DNA of 32,000 nucleotides from Trichlorobacter lovleyi SZ (GCF_000020385.1 NC_010814.1:3270001-3302000), one strand, 5' to 3'. Counted from the stretch's first letter, positions 17,835-25,696 are shown. Program-made: numbers and translations. The notes: a model not told the origin generated them from the letters alone.

Positions 17835-18026
17835 ATGACAAATACACTGGCCCGGAGACAATCAGCGCTGCCGCCGCTGCTGGAACAGAAACTGTACGAA
17901 GCACTGGCGGAATTACGCACAGGCACCATCACCCTGCTTGTGCAGGATGGCAGGGTCGTGCAGCTGGACCGCCACGAGAAATTCCGCCTGACCGGCATGT
18001 ACAACTGGCACGGAGACGGTATTTGA
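17835..18026 (+). CDS. YezD-like small protein (DUF2292 family)
   Basis: 63 aa from ATG 17835: MTNTLARRQSALPPLLEQKLYEALAELRTGTITLLVQDGRVVQLDRHEKFRL... The GxITLxVQDGRVVQxxRxEKxR core resembles the YezD family, which commonly accompanies sulfur-assimilation genes. It is the 3' part of tracked ORF 17634-18026, whose upstream part overlaps cysK out of frame. Confidence 0.7.
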   Translation: MTNTLARRQSALPPLLEQKLYEALAELRTGTITLLVQDGRVVQLDRHEKFRLTGMYNWHGDGI

Positions 18027-18077
18027 AGAGCTGAAAAGCTGTTTATCCGTTTCTTGGCAGACTGCAGCAAACATAGC

Positions 18078-18188
18078 TTCTTATCAAGAGCGACCGAGGG
18101 ACTGGCCCGGTGACGTCGCGGCAACCCGCCTGAAAAGGTACGGTGCCAATTCCAGCAAAGCCGCACAGCGGTTTTGACAGATAAGGAA
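18078..18188 (+). promoter_or_regulatory. SAM-I (S-box) riboswitch aptamer
   Basis: ttcttatcaagagcgaccgagggactggcccggtgacgtcgcggcaacc ... ggtgccaattccagcaaagc ... gacagataagg matches the S-box core (AUCAAGAG / GAGGGACUGGCCC / UGA / GGCAACC / GGUGCCAAUUCCAGC), with P1 formed by cttatc / gataag. Confidence 0.9.
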
Positions 18189-18208
18189 GAGAGAACCGTC
18201 ACGTACAT

Positions 18209-18236
18209 CCTCTTCCGCACCCCGGAAGGGGATTTT
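18209..18236 (+). terminator. Riboswitch expression platform: terminator hairpin with competing antiterminator
   Basis: cctcttccg / caccc / cggaagggg followed by aUUUU. The 3' P1 extension ggaagag (18185-18191) is complementary to ctcttcc (18210-18216), giving the usual S-box antiterminator alternative. Confidence 0.6.
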
Positions 18237-18275
18237 ACGTATGGGTCTCCTGAAACAGGCCCAGAGGAGGACATC

Positions 18276-19412
18276 ATGCAGATCACAACCCAGGCAGTAC
18301 AGATCGGACTTGAATGGGACACACGCACCGGATCGGTAGCGATCCCGATCTACCAGACCGCCACCTTCCGGCATCCGGGACTGGGCCAGAGCACCGGCTT
18401 TGACTACACCCGATCCGGCAACCCTACCCGCCAGGCACTTGAAGACGGCATCGCCCGACTGGATGGCGGGGTACGCGGATTTGCCTACGCCACCGGCATG
18501 GCCGCCATCACCGGCCTGTTGATGCTGTTCAAGGCCGGCGACCATATCGTGGTGACCGAAGACCTCTACGGCGGCACCTGCCGCCTGTTCAATCAGGTCT
18601 TCAACCAGTTCGGCCTTTCCTTCAGCTATGTGGATACCACCGACCTTGCTGCGGTGGAGGCGGCCATCAGGCCGGAGACCAGGGCACTCTTTGTGGAAAC
18701 CCTGACCAACCCGCTGTTAAAATTCGCCGACCTGCCGGCCCTGGCGGAGCTGTCACGCCGCAGGGGACTGCTGCTGATCGCCGACAACACCTTCCTGACC
18801 CCCTACCTGATGCGCCCGCTGGAGCTGGGGGCCGATATCACCGTCTACAGTGCCACCAAGTATCTGGCCGGCCATAACGACACCCTGGGAGGACTGGTGG
18901 TGACCAACAGACCGGAACTGGCCGAACGGATCTATTTCTACCAGAACTCCGTCGGCGCGGTACTGGCCCCCCAGGACTCCTGGCTGATCATCCGGGGGAT
19001 GAAGACACTGGGGGTCCGCCTGGACCGGCACCAGGAAAACGCCCTCAGGATCGCCACCTGGCTTGAGCAGCATCCCCGGATCAGCAAGGTACACTATCCC
19101 GGCCTGCCGCAGCACCCGGATCATGCCCTGATGAAGCGTCAGGCACGGGGTTTCGGTGCCATGATCGCCTTCGAGGTTGACAAGCATGCCCTTGTCGAGC
19201 AAGTCTTGCTGAAAACCGGACTGATCTCCTTTGCCGAAAGCCTGGGAGGGGTGGAGAGCCTGATCACCTTCCCGGAGGTGCAGACCCACGCCGATATTCC
19301 GGCGGAGCTGCGGGCACGGCTGGGGATCAACAACGTACTGCTGCGGCTTTCGGTCGGTATTGAGGACGCCGATGACCTGATTGAGGACCTGCGCCAGGCC
19401 CTGGAGGGATAA
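18276..19412 (+). CDS. Cys/Met-metabolism PLP enzyme (cystathionine gamma-synthase / O-acylhomoserine thiolyase type, MetI/MetB-like)
   Basis: 378 aa from ATG 18276 (GAGGAGG RBS). IPIYQTATF, PLP-lysine context YSATKYLAGHNDTLGG, C-terminal LRLSVGIEDADDLIEDL. The tracked upstream extension (18174-18275) covers the riboswitch. Confidence 0.88.
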   Translation: MQITTQAVQIGLEWDTRTGSVAIPIYQTATFRHPGLGQSTGFDYTRSGNPTRQALEDGIARLDGGVRGFAYATGMAAITGLLMLFKAGDHIVVTEDLYGGTCRLFNQVFNQFGLSFSYVDTTDLAAVEAAIRPETRALFVETLTNPLLKFADLPALAELSRRRGLLLIADNTFLTPYLMRPLELGADITVYSATKYLAGHNDTLGGLVVTNRPELAERIYFYQNSVGAVLAPQDSWLIIRGMKTLGVRLDRHQENALRIATWLEQHPRISKVHYPGLPQHPDHALMKRQARGFGAMIAFEVDKHALVEQVLLKTGLISFAESLGGVESLITFPEVQTHADIPAELRARLGINNVLLRLSVGIEDADDLIEDLRQALEG

Positions 19413-19415
19413 ACG

Positions 19416-20549
19416 ATGAAGATAGCAACCCAACTGATTCACGCAGGCCCCACCGTTGATCAGCAGACCGGCGCGCTGGGAGTGCCGGTCTACCAGATCT
19501 CCACCTACCGCCAGACCTCTTTTGAGCATTTTGGCAAGTACGACTATGCCAGGGGTGACAACCCGACCCGCGAGGCGGTTGAAGAGGTGGTGGCCCGGTT
19601 GGAGGGGGGCACGCGCTGCCTGGCCTTTGCCTCCGGCATGGCGGCCATCTCCACCACCCTGATGATCTTCTCCCCCGGCGACCATCTGGTGGTCTGCGAC
19701 GATGTCTACGGCGGTGCCTACCGGGTGCTGACCTCCATCTTCAGCCGGATGGGGATCAACGCCAGCTTTGTGGATGCCACCGACCTTGCCGCCATCGAGG
19801 CGGCCATCCGTCCCGAGACCAGGGCGCTCTATCTGGAGACCCCCTCCAACCCGCTGCTGAAGGTCACCGATCTGCGCGGGGCAGCCGCCATTGCCAAACG
19901 GCACGGCATCATCACCCTGGTGGACAACACCTTCATGACCCCCTACCTGCAGCGGCCACTGGAGCTGGGCTGTGATATCGTGCTGCACAGCGGCACCAAG
20001 TTCTTAAACGGCCACAGCGATGTGATCTGCGGTTTTGCCGTGACCCGTGACGACGAGCTGGGCCAGCGAATCCGTTACATCCAGAACGCCTTCGGCACCG
20101 GCCTGGGACCGCAGGATTCCTTCCTGACCCTGCGGGGGATCAAGACCCTCAAGGTGCGGATGGACCAGAGCCAGCAGAATACCGGGATCATCGTGGAGCG
20201 GTTGAAACAGCATCCCAGGGTAACGGCGGTCCACTACCCCGGCCTGGTGGAACATCCCGGCCATGCCGTCCACGCGGCCCAAGCAGAGGGGCCCGGCGCG
20301 GTCTTCTCCTTTGAGGTGGATTCTCTGGAAACCACACAACGGCTGTTGGAAAACGCCCATCTGGCCGCCTTTGCCGTCAGCCTGGGGGGGGTGGAGAGCA
20401 TTATCTCCTACCCGGCCAGGATGTCCCACGCCTCGGTACCCAGGGAGGAGCGCCTGCGCAAGGGGATCAGTGATACCCTGATCCGGCTTTCGGTAGGGCT
20501 GGAAGACCCGGACGACCTGTACGCCGACCTTGAACAGGCGATGCAGTAG
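19416..20549 (+). CDS. Cys/Met-metabolism PLP enzyme, paralog (cystathionine beta-lyase type, MetC-like)
   Basis: 377 aa. [42 protein letters not shown]. Clearly homologous to the upstream gene along its full length. Its start lies 3 nt after the upstream stop, with GGAGGG inside the end of the upstream gene. Confidence 0.88.
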   Translation: MKIATQLIHAGPTVDQQTGALGVPVYQISTYRQTSFEHFGKYDYARGDNPTREAVEEVVARLEGGTRCLAFASGMAAISTTLMIFSPGDHLVVCDDVYGGAYRVLTSIFSRMGINASFVDATDLAAIEAAIRPETRALYLETPSNPLLKVTDLRGAAAIAKRHGIITLVDNTFMTPYLQRPLELGCDIVLHSGTKFLNGHSDVICGFAVTRDDELGQRIRYIQNAFGTGLGPQDSFLTLRGIKTLKVRMDQSQQNTGIIVERLKQHPRVTAVHYPGLVEHPGHAVHAAQAEGPGAVFSFEVDSLETTQRLLENAHLAAFAVSLGGVESIISYPARMSHASVPREERLRKGISDTLIRLSVGLEDPDDLYADLEQAMQ

Positions 20550-20551
20550 TT

Positions 20552-20625
20552 CCGGTTCCATTGTACGGCCCCCTCTGCGCCGGCTCGTCGTCTTGAGATC
20601 ATCCGTGACCTGGAACCGGGGTTTT
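20552..20625 (+). terminator. Extended hairpin followed by a short U-run (possible terminator/attenuator between the met genes and thiF-mnmA)
   Basis: ccggttcca (20552-20560) is perfectly complementary to tggaaccgg (20611-20619). A second helix tacgg/ccgtg lies inside it. Followed by ggTTTTcg. Confidence 0.35.
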
Positions 20626-20659
20626 CGAACACTCTAAAGCTGAAAGTATCTGAACCGTT

Positions 20660-21463
20660 ATGAACATCCGCATTAATGAACAATCTGTCAGCATGACACC
20701 CCCCTGCAGCCTGGCCGGGGCAGCGCAGCAGTTTAAACCCGGCGCCGATCTGCTGATCCTGAACGGTTTTCCCGCTGAACCGGAAACGCTGCTGCAGGAG
20801 GGGGACCAGCTGTTCCTGATCAAACGGGGGGAGCAGCCGTCAGCCGATGAGCTGGAGGCGTTGATGGCAGCCCGCCACACCCCCGGCATCCATGCCCGCC
20901 TGAAACAGGCCTGTGTCGGTATTGCCGGTGCGGGCGGCCTCGGTTCGGCCGTGGCGGTTGCCCTGGCGCGGATCGGGGTCGGCCGCCTGATCATTGCCGA
21001 CTTCGACCTGGTCGAGCCGTCCAACCTGAACCGCCAGCAGTATTTCATCGACCAGATTGGCCTCTACAAGGTGGCGGCGCTGACGCAGAACCTGCAGCGG
21101 ATCAACCCCTATATCAGCGTCGAGCCGCATCAGGCCCTGCTGGGGCCGGACAATATCCCGCAGCTGTTTGCCCCCTGCTCCGTGGTGGTGGAGGCCTTTG
21201 ACCGGGCCGACATGAAGGCGATGCTGGTGGACACGGTGCTTTCCTGCCTGCCGGGCTGTTGCGTGGTGGCAGCATCAGGGGTGGCAGGCTATGACGACAA
21301 CAACAGCATCACCACCCGCAGGATCTCATCAAGGCTGTATCTGGTGGGTGACGGCGTGTCGGAGGCCCAACCGGGCAACGGCCTGATGGCCCCCAGGGTG
21401 GCCATTGCCGCCGGTCATCAGGCAAATCAGGTGGTACGGATCATCCTGGGAGAGCGATCATGA
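20660..21463 (+). CDS. thiF: ThiF/MoeB-family E1-like adenylyltransferase (ThiF family-2 type) with an N-terminal ThiS-like beta-grasp segment
   Basis: The first ~58 residues, MNIRINEQSV...ADLLILNGFPAEPETLLQEGDQLFLIKRGE, follow the ThiS/MoaD pattern. Then the E1 Rossmann motif VGIAGAGGLGSAVAVALARIGVGRLIIADFDLVEPSNLNRQQY. No obvious SD sequence. The stop overlaps the mnmA start. Confidence 0.78.
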   Translation: MNIRINEQSVSMTPPCSLAGAAQQFKPGADLLILNGFPAEPETLLQEGDQLFLIKRGEQPSADELEALMAARHTPGIHARLKQACVGIAGAGGLGSAVAVALARIGVGRLIIADFDLVEPSNLNRQQYFIDQIGLYKVAALTQNLQRINPYISVEPHQALLGPDNIPQLFAPCSVVVEAFDRADMKAMLVDTVLSCLPGCCVVAASGVAGYDDNNSITTRRISSRLYLVGDGVSEAQPGNGLMAPRVAIAAGHQANQVVRIILGERS

Positions 21464-22524
21464 GCAGAATAGCCGTGGCCATGAGCGGCGGGGTCGATTC
21501 CTCGGTGGTTGCCGCACTGCTGCAACAGCAGGGGCATGAGGTAATCGGCATCACCATGCAGTTGTTCGAACCGTGCAGCAGCGGCCCCGGCACCCCGGCC
21601 CACGATGGCGCCCAGGTGGCGGCACAGCTGGGGATTCCCCATCACCTGCTGCGGCTGGAACCGCAGTTTCGCGACCTGATCATCGACAACTTTATCGACC
21701 AGTACCGCCAGGGGCAGACCCCCAACCCCTGTATCCTCTGCAACCGCCTGATCAAGTTCGGCCTGTTGCTGGAACAGGCGCGGGAGCTGGGGGCCGAACT
21801 GCTGGCAACCGGCCACTACGTCCGCAGGACCGTTGGCCCGGACGGCCTCTGCCATCTGCGGACAGCAGCCAACCAGGCCAAGGACCAGTCCTACTTCCTG
21901 TACTCCCTGTCACAGCAACAGCTGCGTCAAGTGATCTTTCCGCTGGGGGAGATCGCCAGCAAGGATGAGGTCCGCAGCCTGGCCACCGGTTTTGGCCTGG
22001 CGGTGGCAACCAAGGGGGACAGCCAGGAGGTCTGCTTTATCCCCAACGATGACTATGCCGCCTTTCTGGAACAGCAGGGGATCAAGGCCAGTCCGGGGAA
22101 TATTGTGCATATCGGCGGTCAGGTGCTGGGCCGCCATTCAGGCACCCATCGCTACACCATCGGCCAGCGCAAGGGGCTGGGAATCGGCTGGAGCGAACCG
22201 CTCTATGTGCTGGAGATCGACAGTTCCCGCAACCTGATTGTGGTGGGCGAACAGCAACATCTGCTCAAAGCAGGTCTGATCGGCGCTGATATCAGTTGGA
22301 TCATCCCGCCGCCTGCCACCAGCTTCAACACAACCTGCAAGATCCGCTACCGCCACCAGCCGGTGCCCTGCCGGGTGGAGCTGCTGGCGGATGACCAGTG
22401 CCGGGTGCTGTTTGATGAAGCACAGCGTTCCGTAACACCGGGACAGTTTGTGGTCTTCTACCAGGATGATCAGGTCCTGGGCGGGGGCAGGATTCAGGCT
22501 GCCTGCACGGCAGAGCAACCATGA
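21460..22524 (+). CDS. mnmA: tRNA 2-thiouridine(34) synthase MnmA
   Basis: PP-loop IAVAMSGGVDSSV, TPNPCILCNRLIKF, LATGHY, KDQSYFL, EVCFIP. ATGA overlap with the upstream gene. Confidence 0.93.
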   Translation: MSRIAVAMSGGVDSSVVAALLQQQGHEVIGITMQLFEPCSSGPGTPAHDGAQVAAQLGIPHHLLRLEPQFRDLIIDNFIDQYRQGQTPNPCILCNRLIKFGLLLEQARELGAELLATGHYVRRTVGPDGLCHLRTAANQAKDQSYFLYSLSQQQLRQVIFPLGEIASKDEVRSLATGFGLAVATKGDSQEVCFIPNDDYAAFLEQQGIKASPGNIVHIGGQVLGRHSGTHRYTIGQRKGLGIGWSEPLYVLEIDSSRNLIVVGEQQHLLKAGLIGADISWIIPPPATSFNTTCKIRYRHQPVPCRVELLADDQCRVLFDEAQRSVTPGQFVVFYQDDQVLGGGRIQAACTAEQP

Positions 22525-23657
22525 CCAGAACGGCAGATACCGTACACCAGCACAGCTACCCTCCCCGGCGCCAGACATACGCACGTCTGCTGCTGCTGGT
22601 GCTTGTCATTGCCGGCATCAGCCTGACCCACTACCTGGCCCCGCTGCAGCTGCACTACCTGCATGACATCTTCCAGCGGCTCTACTACCTGCCGATCATC
22701 CTGTCCGCCTTCTGGTTCGGCCTGTGGGGCGGCGTCGGTTGCGCCCTGCTGGTCAGCCTGCTCTATGCCCCTCACATCGTGTTTCAGTGGGGCGGATCAG
22801 TTACCCTGGAACTGGAAAAATACCTTGAGATCGTGATGTACAACGTGGTGGGCGGGCTGACCGGGCTTCTAACCCAGCGGGACAGGCAGCAGCGCAAAGA
22901 GCTGCAACTGACCGCCGCAGGCCTTGAACAATCCTACCGCGCCCTGCAGGAACAGACCGAACGGATCGGGGCGGTGGAAGAACAGCTGCGCCGCTCCGAG
23001 CGGCTCTCCACCCTGGGCGAGATGGCAGCCGTACTGGCCCACGAAGTACGCAACCCCCTGGCCTCGCTGCGGGGCACGGCCGAGATCCTGCGGGATGACT
23101 TTCGTCCCGGTACCCCCAAACATGAATTTGTCGAGATCCAGATCAAGGAGACCGAACGCCTGAACCGGGTGGTGGAAGAGTTTCTGCGGATGGCCCGCCA
23201 GCAACCCGGAGAACTGCAGCGCTGCGTGGTTGCGGAAGAGCTGGAGACCATCGTCACCCTGACCTCCAACGAGGCCAGACGCCGCAAGGTAACGCTGCAG
23301 CTGGAGGCTGCCAACAGGGATCTGGCGGTCAACGCCGATGGTGAAAAGCTGCGCCAGGCCTTCCTGAACATCATCCTGAACGCCCTGCAGGCCACCCCGG
23401 AAGGGGGCCGCGTCACCATTGCGGTCCAGCCGCAGCAGCAAAACTGCGAGATCCGCATCAGCGACAGCGGCCCCGGCATCAACGACGAGATCAGGCAGCG
23501 GATCTTTGAGCCGTTCTTCACCACCAAGCCGGACGGCACCGGCCTGGGTCTGGCCGTCACCAAAAAGATCATCGAGGCCCATGGCGGCAGCTTAAGCGTA
23601 GAGAGCGCGGCCGGTTCAGGCACCACCATGGTGGTGCAGCTGCCGCTGTCGCACTGA
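22521..23657 (+). CDS. Membrane sensor histidine kinase (intramembrane-type input, HisKA + HATPase_c)
   Basis: About 4 hydrophobic helices and no sizeable periplasmic loop. Coiled-coil linker, H-box LAHEVRNPL, N-box LNIILNALQAT, G-boxes DSGPGI and GTGLGLAV. The start overlaps the mnmA stop (ATGA). Confidence 0.9.
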   Translation: MTRTADTVHQHSYPPRRQTYARLLLLVLVIAGISLTHYLAPLQLHYLHDIFQRLYYLPIILSAFWFGLWGGVGCALLVSLLYAPHIVFQWGGSVTLELEKYLEIVMYNVVGGLTGLLTQRDRQQRKELQLTAAGLEQSYRALQEQTERIGAVEEQLRRSERLSTLGEMAAVLAHEVRNPLASLRGTAEILRDDFRPGTPKHEFVEIQIKETERLNRVVEEFLRMARQQPGELQRCVVAEELETIVTLTSNEARRRKVTLQLEAANRDLAVNADGEKLRQAFLNIILNALQATPEGGRVTIAVQPQQQNCEIRISDSGPGINDEIRQRIFEPFFTTKPDGTGLGLAVTKKIIEAHGGSLSVESAAGSGTTMVVQLPLSH

Positions 23658-23685
23658 TTATTTCGCAACGTAAAAAGGGACAAGC

Positions 23686-24198
23686 ATGCGCATCAAGGTA
23701 ACGGTTCCGGTTGATCTTACAACATACCCGAAACTGACATTTAACGGGCTTTTCTACTTCATTGCCGACTCCCTGCGGGTCGAGCAGGTCAAAACCACGG
23801 TGTACGACGAACATCAGATCAACTTTTCAACCGGCCTTTTGCGCCTGTTTTGGGATTGGGCCCCCCTCTCCACGATCTATGGCGGGGAAATCCGTTTCCA
23901 GGCCGACACCGAACGCATTCTCGTCATCGGCCGCCTCAGCTTCCTTGATACGGTGCTCATGGCCTCTGTGCTGGTTGGTCTGCTGGCGTATTACAACTAC
24001 CGCATCTTCCTGCTTGGCCGGGATGACCTCGTTTTTTACCTGGTTGCCTGGCTCGGGATGATCGGCGGCATCATGATTGACTCAATAGCGCGCTGGCGGC
24101 GTTTTATCCGGCACTGTATCAGAGAGGCAGCCGACCGGGTCTACCTGACCAAGGCAGACCTGCTGGCGGCCAGGCCGGATGGGCAACCGGCATCATAG
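23686..24198 (+). CDS. Hypothetical membrane protein (N-terminal ~90-aa soluble segment + 2 TM helices + basic tail)
   Basis: 170-aa ORF with an AAGGGA RBS, located between the kinase and regulator genes on the same strand. TM helices LDTVLMASVLVGLLAYYNY and LVFYLVAWLGMIGGIMI. No family recognised by eye. Visibly lower GC than its neighbours. Confidence 0.55.
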   Translation: MRIKVTVPVDLTTYPKLTFNGLFYFIADSLRVEQVKTTVYDEHQINFSTGLLRLFWDWAPLSTIYGGEIRFQADTERILVIGRLSFLDTVLMASVLVGLLAYYNYRIFLLGRDDLVFYLVAWLGMIGGIMIDSIARWRRFIRHCIREAADRVYLTKADLLAARPDGQPAS

Positions 24199-24315
24199 GG
24201 CTTGAAGTTGACCGGATCTGCGGTATGAGAGAATGAAGAGAAGCAGCGGATAACCAGCGGCGACAGCGGTCTCCGCTGACGCCTTGAGACGTTACGTCAC
24301 TTCCACAGGACCCCC

Positions 24316-25680
24316 ATGCACCCAACCATCCTGATCATAGACGATGATGCCTCGCTGCGGCGGGTGCTGGAGTACCAGCTGCAGGAGGCCGGTTACGAGG
24401 TGGCCACGGCTGCCTCGGGCGAGGAGGGGCTGGCACGCTTTAGTGATCTTGCGCCGCAGCTGGTGATCAGCGACATGCAGATGCCGGGCATGGACGGCAT
24501 GCAGGTACTGAAAACCGTTAAGGAACGTTCACCTGAGACGCCGGTCATCATCATTACCGCCTTTGGCAGCGTGGATGTGGCGGTGCAGGCCATGAAACAG
24601 GGGGCCTACGACTACATCACCAAGCCGTTTAACCGCGACGAGCTGCACCTGACCGTGGCCCGGGCGTTGCACCTGACCAGCCTGACCCGTGAAAACCGCA
24701 GGCTGAAGGATGCCCTGGCAGGGGATGATGATTACCGCAGCATGGTGGGGGCCTCAGCGGCCCTGGAAAAGGTCTATCTGGTGGTGCGCAAGGTGGCGGA
24801 CAGCGATGCCAGCGTGCTGCTCTCCGGCGAATCCGGCACCGGCAAGGAGCTGGTGGCGCGGGCCCTGCACGCCCGCAGTGCGCGTCGTAACGGCCCGTTT
24901 GTGGCGGTCAACTGCGCGGCCATCCCCCATGACCTGCTGGAGAGCGAACTGTTCGGCCATACCAAGGGGGCCTTTACCGGCGCCGTCAAGGACAAGCCCG
25001 GCAAGTTTCAACTGGCCGATACCGGCACCATTTTTCTGGATGAAGTGGGAGAGCTGCCGCTGGAACTGCAGCCCAAGCTGCTGCGGGTGCTGCAGGAACG
25101 GGTGGTGACACCGGTGGGCGGCAACCGTGAGCAGCGTCTGGATATCCGTGTGGTCGCTGCCACCAACCGCGATATTGAGCAGGCAATCAGCGAGGGACGC
25201 TTCCGCGAAGACCTCTATTACCGGCTGGCTGTGATCCCGCTGCACCTGCCGCCGCTGCGGCAGCGGCGCGAGGATATCCCACTCTTGCTGCGCCATTTCT
25301 GCAGCAAGCACGGCGCCGAAGAGGTGCGCTTCGACGAGGCGGCCCTGGCGATCCTGCAGCAGTATGCCTGGCCGGGCAATGTGCGGGAACTGGAAAACCT
25401 GGTGGAGCGGTTGCTGATCATGCGCAGTAGCAGCAGTATTACTGTTGAAGACCTGCCGGACAAGATCCGGCTGACAGTAAACGGCTCTGCAAAACGATCA
25501 GCCGTGATCAACCTGCCGGACAATGGCTATCCTTTGGAACAACTGGAGCGGGAGGTGGTGGTTGAGGCGTTGGAACGTACCAACTGGAACCAGTCCGCCG
25601 CTGCCAAATTCCTGCAGATCCCCCGCCATACCTTGCTGTACCGGATGGAGAAGTACGCGATTACCCCGCCTAAACCTTAA
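24316..25680 (+). CDS. Sigma-54-dependent response regulator (NtrC/ZraR family: REC + AAA+ + Fis-type HTH)
   Basis: Receiver ILIIDDD...LVISDMQMPGMDG. AAA+ Walker A GESGTGKE, sigma-54 contact loop GAFTGA, ESELFGH. C-terminal HTH AAAKFLQIPRHTLLYRMEKY. Confidence 0.93.
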   Translation: MHPTILIIDDDASLRRVLEYQLQEAGYEVATAASGEEGLARFSDLAPQLVISDMQMPGMDGMQVLKTVKERSPETPVIIITAFGSVDVAVQAMKQGAYDYITKPFNRDELHLTVARALHLTSLTRENRRLKDALAGDDDYRSMVGASAALEKVYLVVRKVADSDASVLLSGESGTGKELVARALHARSARRNGPFVAVNCAAIPHDLLESELFGHTKGAFTGAVKDKPGKFQLADTGTIFLDEVGELPLELQPKLLRVLQERVVTPVGGNREQRLDIRVVAATNRDIEQAISEGRFREDLYYRLAVIPLHLPPLRQRREDIPLLLRHFCSKHGAEEVRFDEAALAILQQYAWPGNVRELENLVERLLIMRSSSSITVEDLPDKIRLTVNGSAKRSAVINLPDNGYPLEQLEREVVVEALERTNWNQSAAAKFLQIPRHTLLYRMEKYAITPPKP

Positions 25681-25696
25681 CCTTAACCCTCCCCTG

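Noticed and set aside
18174-18275. N-terminal extension of the first PLP-enzyme ORF (tracked start at 18174)
   Set aside because: The extension overlaps the 3' part of the SAM-I aptamer and the terminator hairpin. A strong GAGGAGG RBS precedes ATG 18276, where the conserved family N-terminus begins.
18753-19988. 411-aa minus-strand ORF spanning the junction of the two PLP-enzyme genes
   Set aside because: It lies antisense to two genes with unmistakable PLP-enzyme motifs and crosses their intergenic gap. Its Gly/Gln/Pro/His/Asp-rich composition has no recognisable domain. This is a typical long shadow ORF of a GC-rich genome.
20384-20391. G8 homopolymer inside the second PLP-enzyme gene (CTG GGG GGG GTG)
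   Set aside because: It could in principle be slippage-prone, but it encodes the conserved SLGGVES motif, which is also present in the paralog with interrupted Gs. The reading frame is intact, and a housekeeping biosynthetic gene is an unlikely phase-variation target.
20611-20626. Sigma-54-like TGGAAC-N5-TTTTC upstream of the thiF-like gene
   Set aside because: The GG at -24 is present, but the -12 GC dinucleotide falls on TT. The sequence is better explained as the 3' arm of the hairpin plus its U-run.
20550-20659. Possible TPP (THI-box) riboswitch upstream of the thiF-like gene
   Set aside because: cttgagatca and gacctggaaccgggg vaguely recall the CUGAGA and ACCUGAUCUGG elements. However, the GGGGUGC 5' part, the exact CUGAGA and the GCGNAGGGA 3' part are missing. 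I cannot support a THI element by eye. An Rfam RF00059 scan would settle it.
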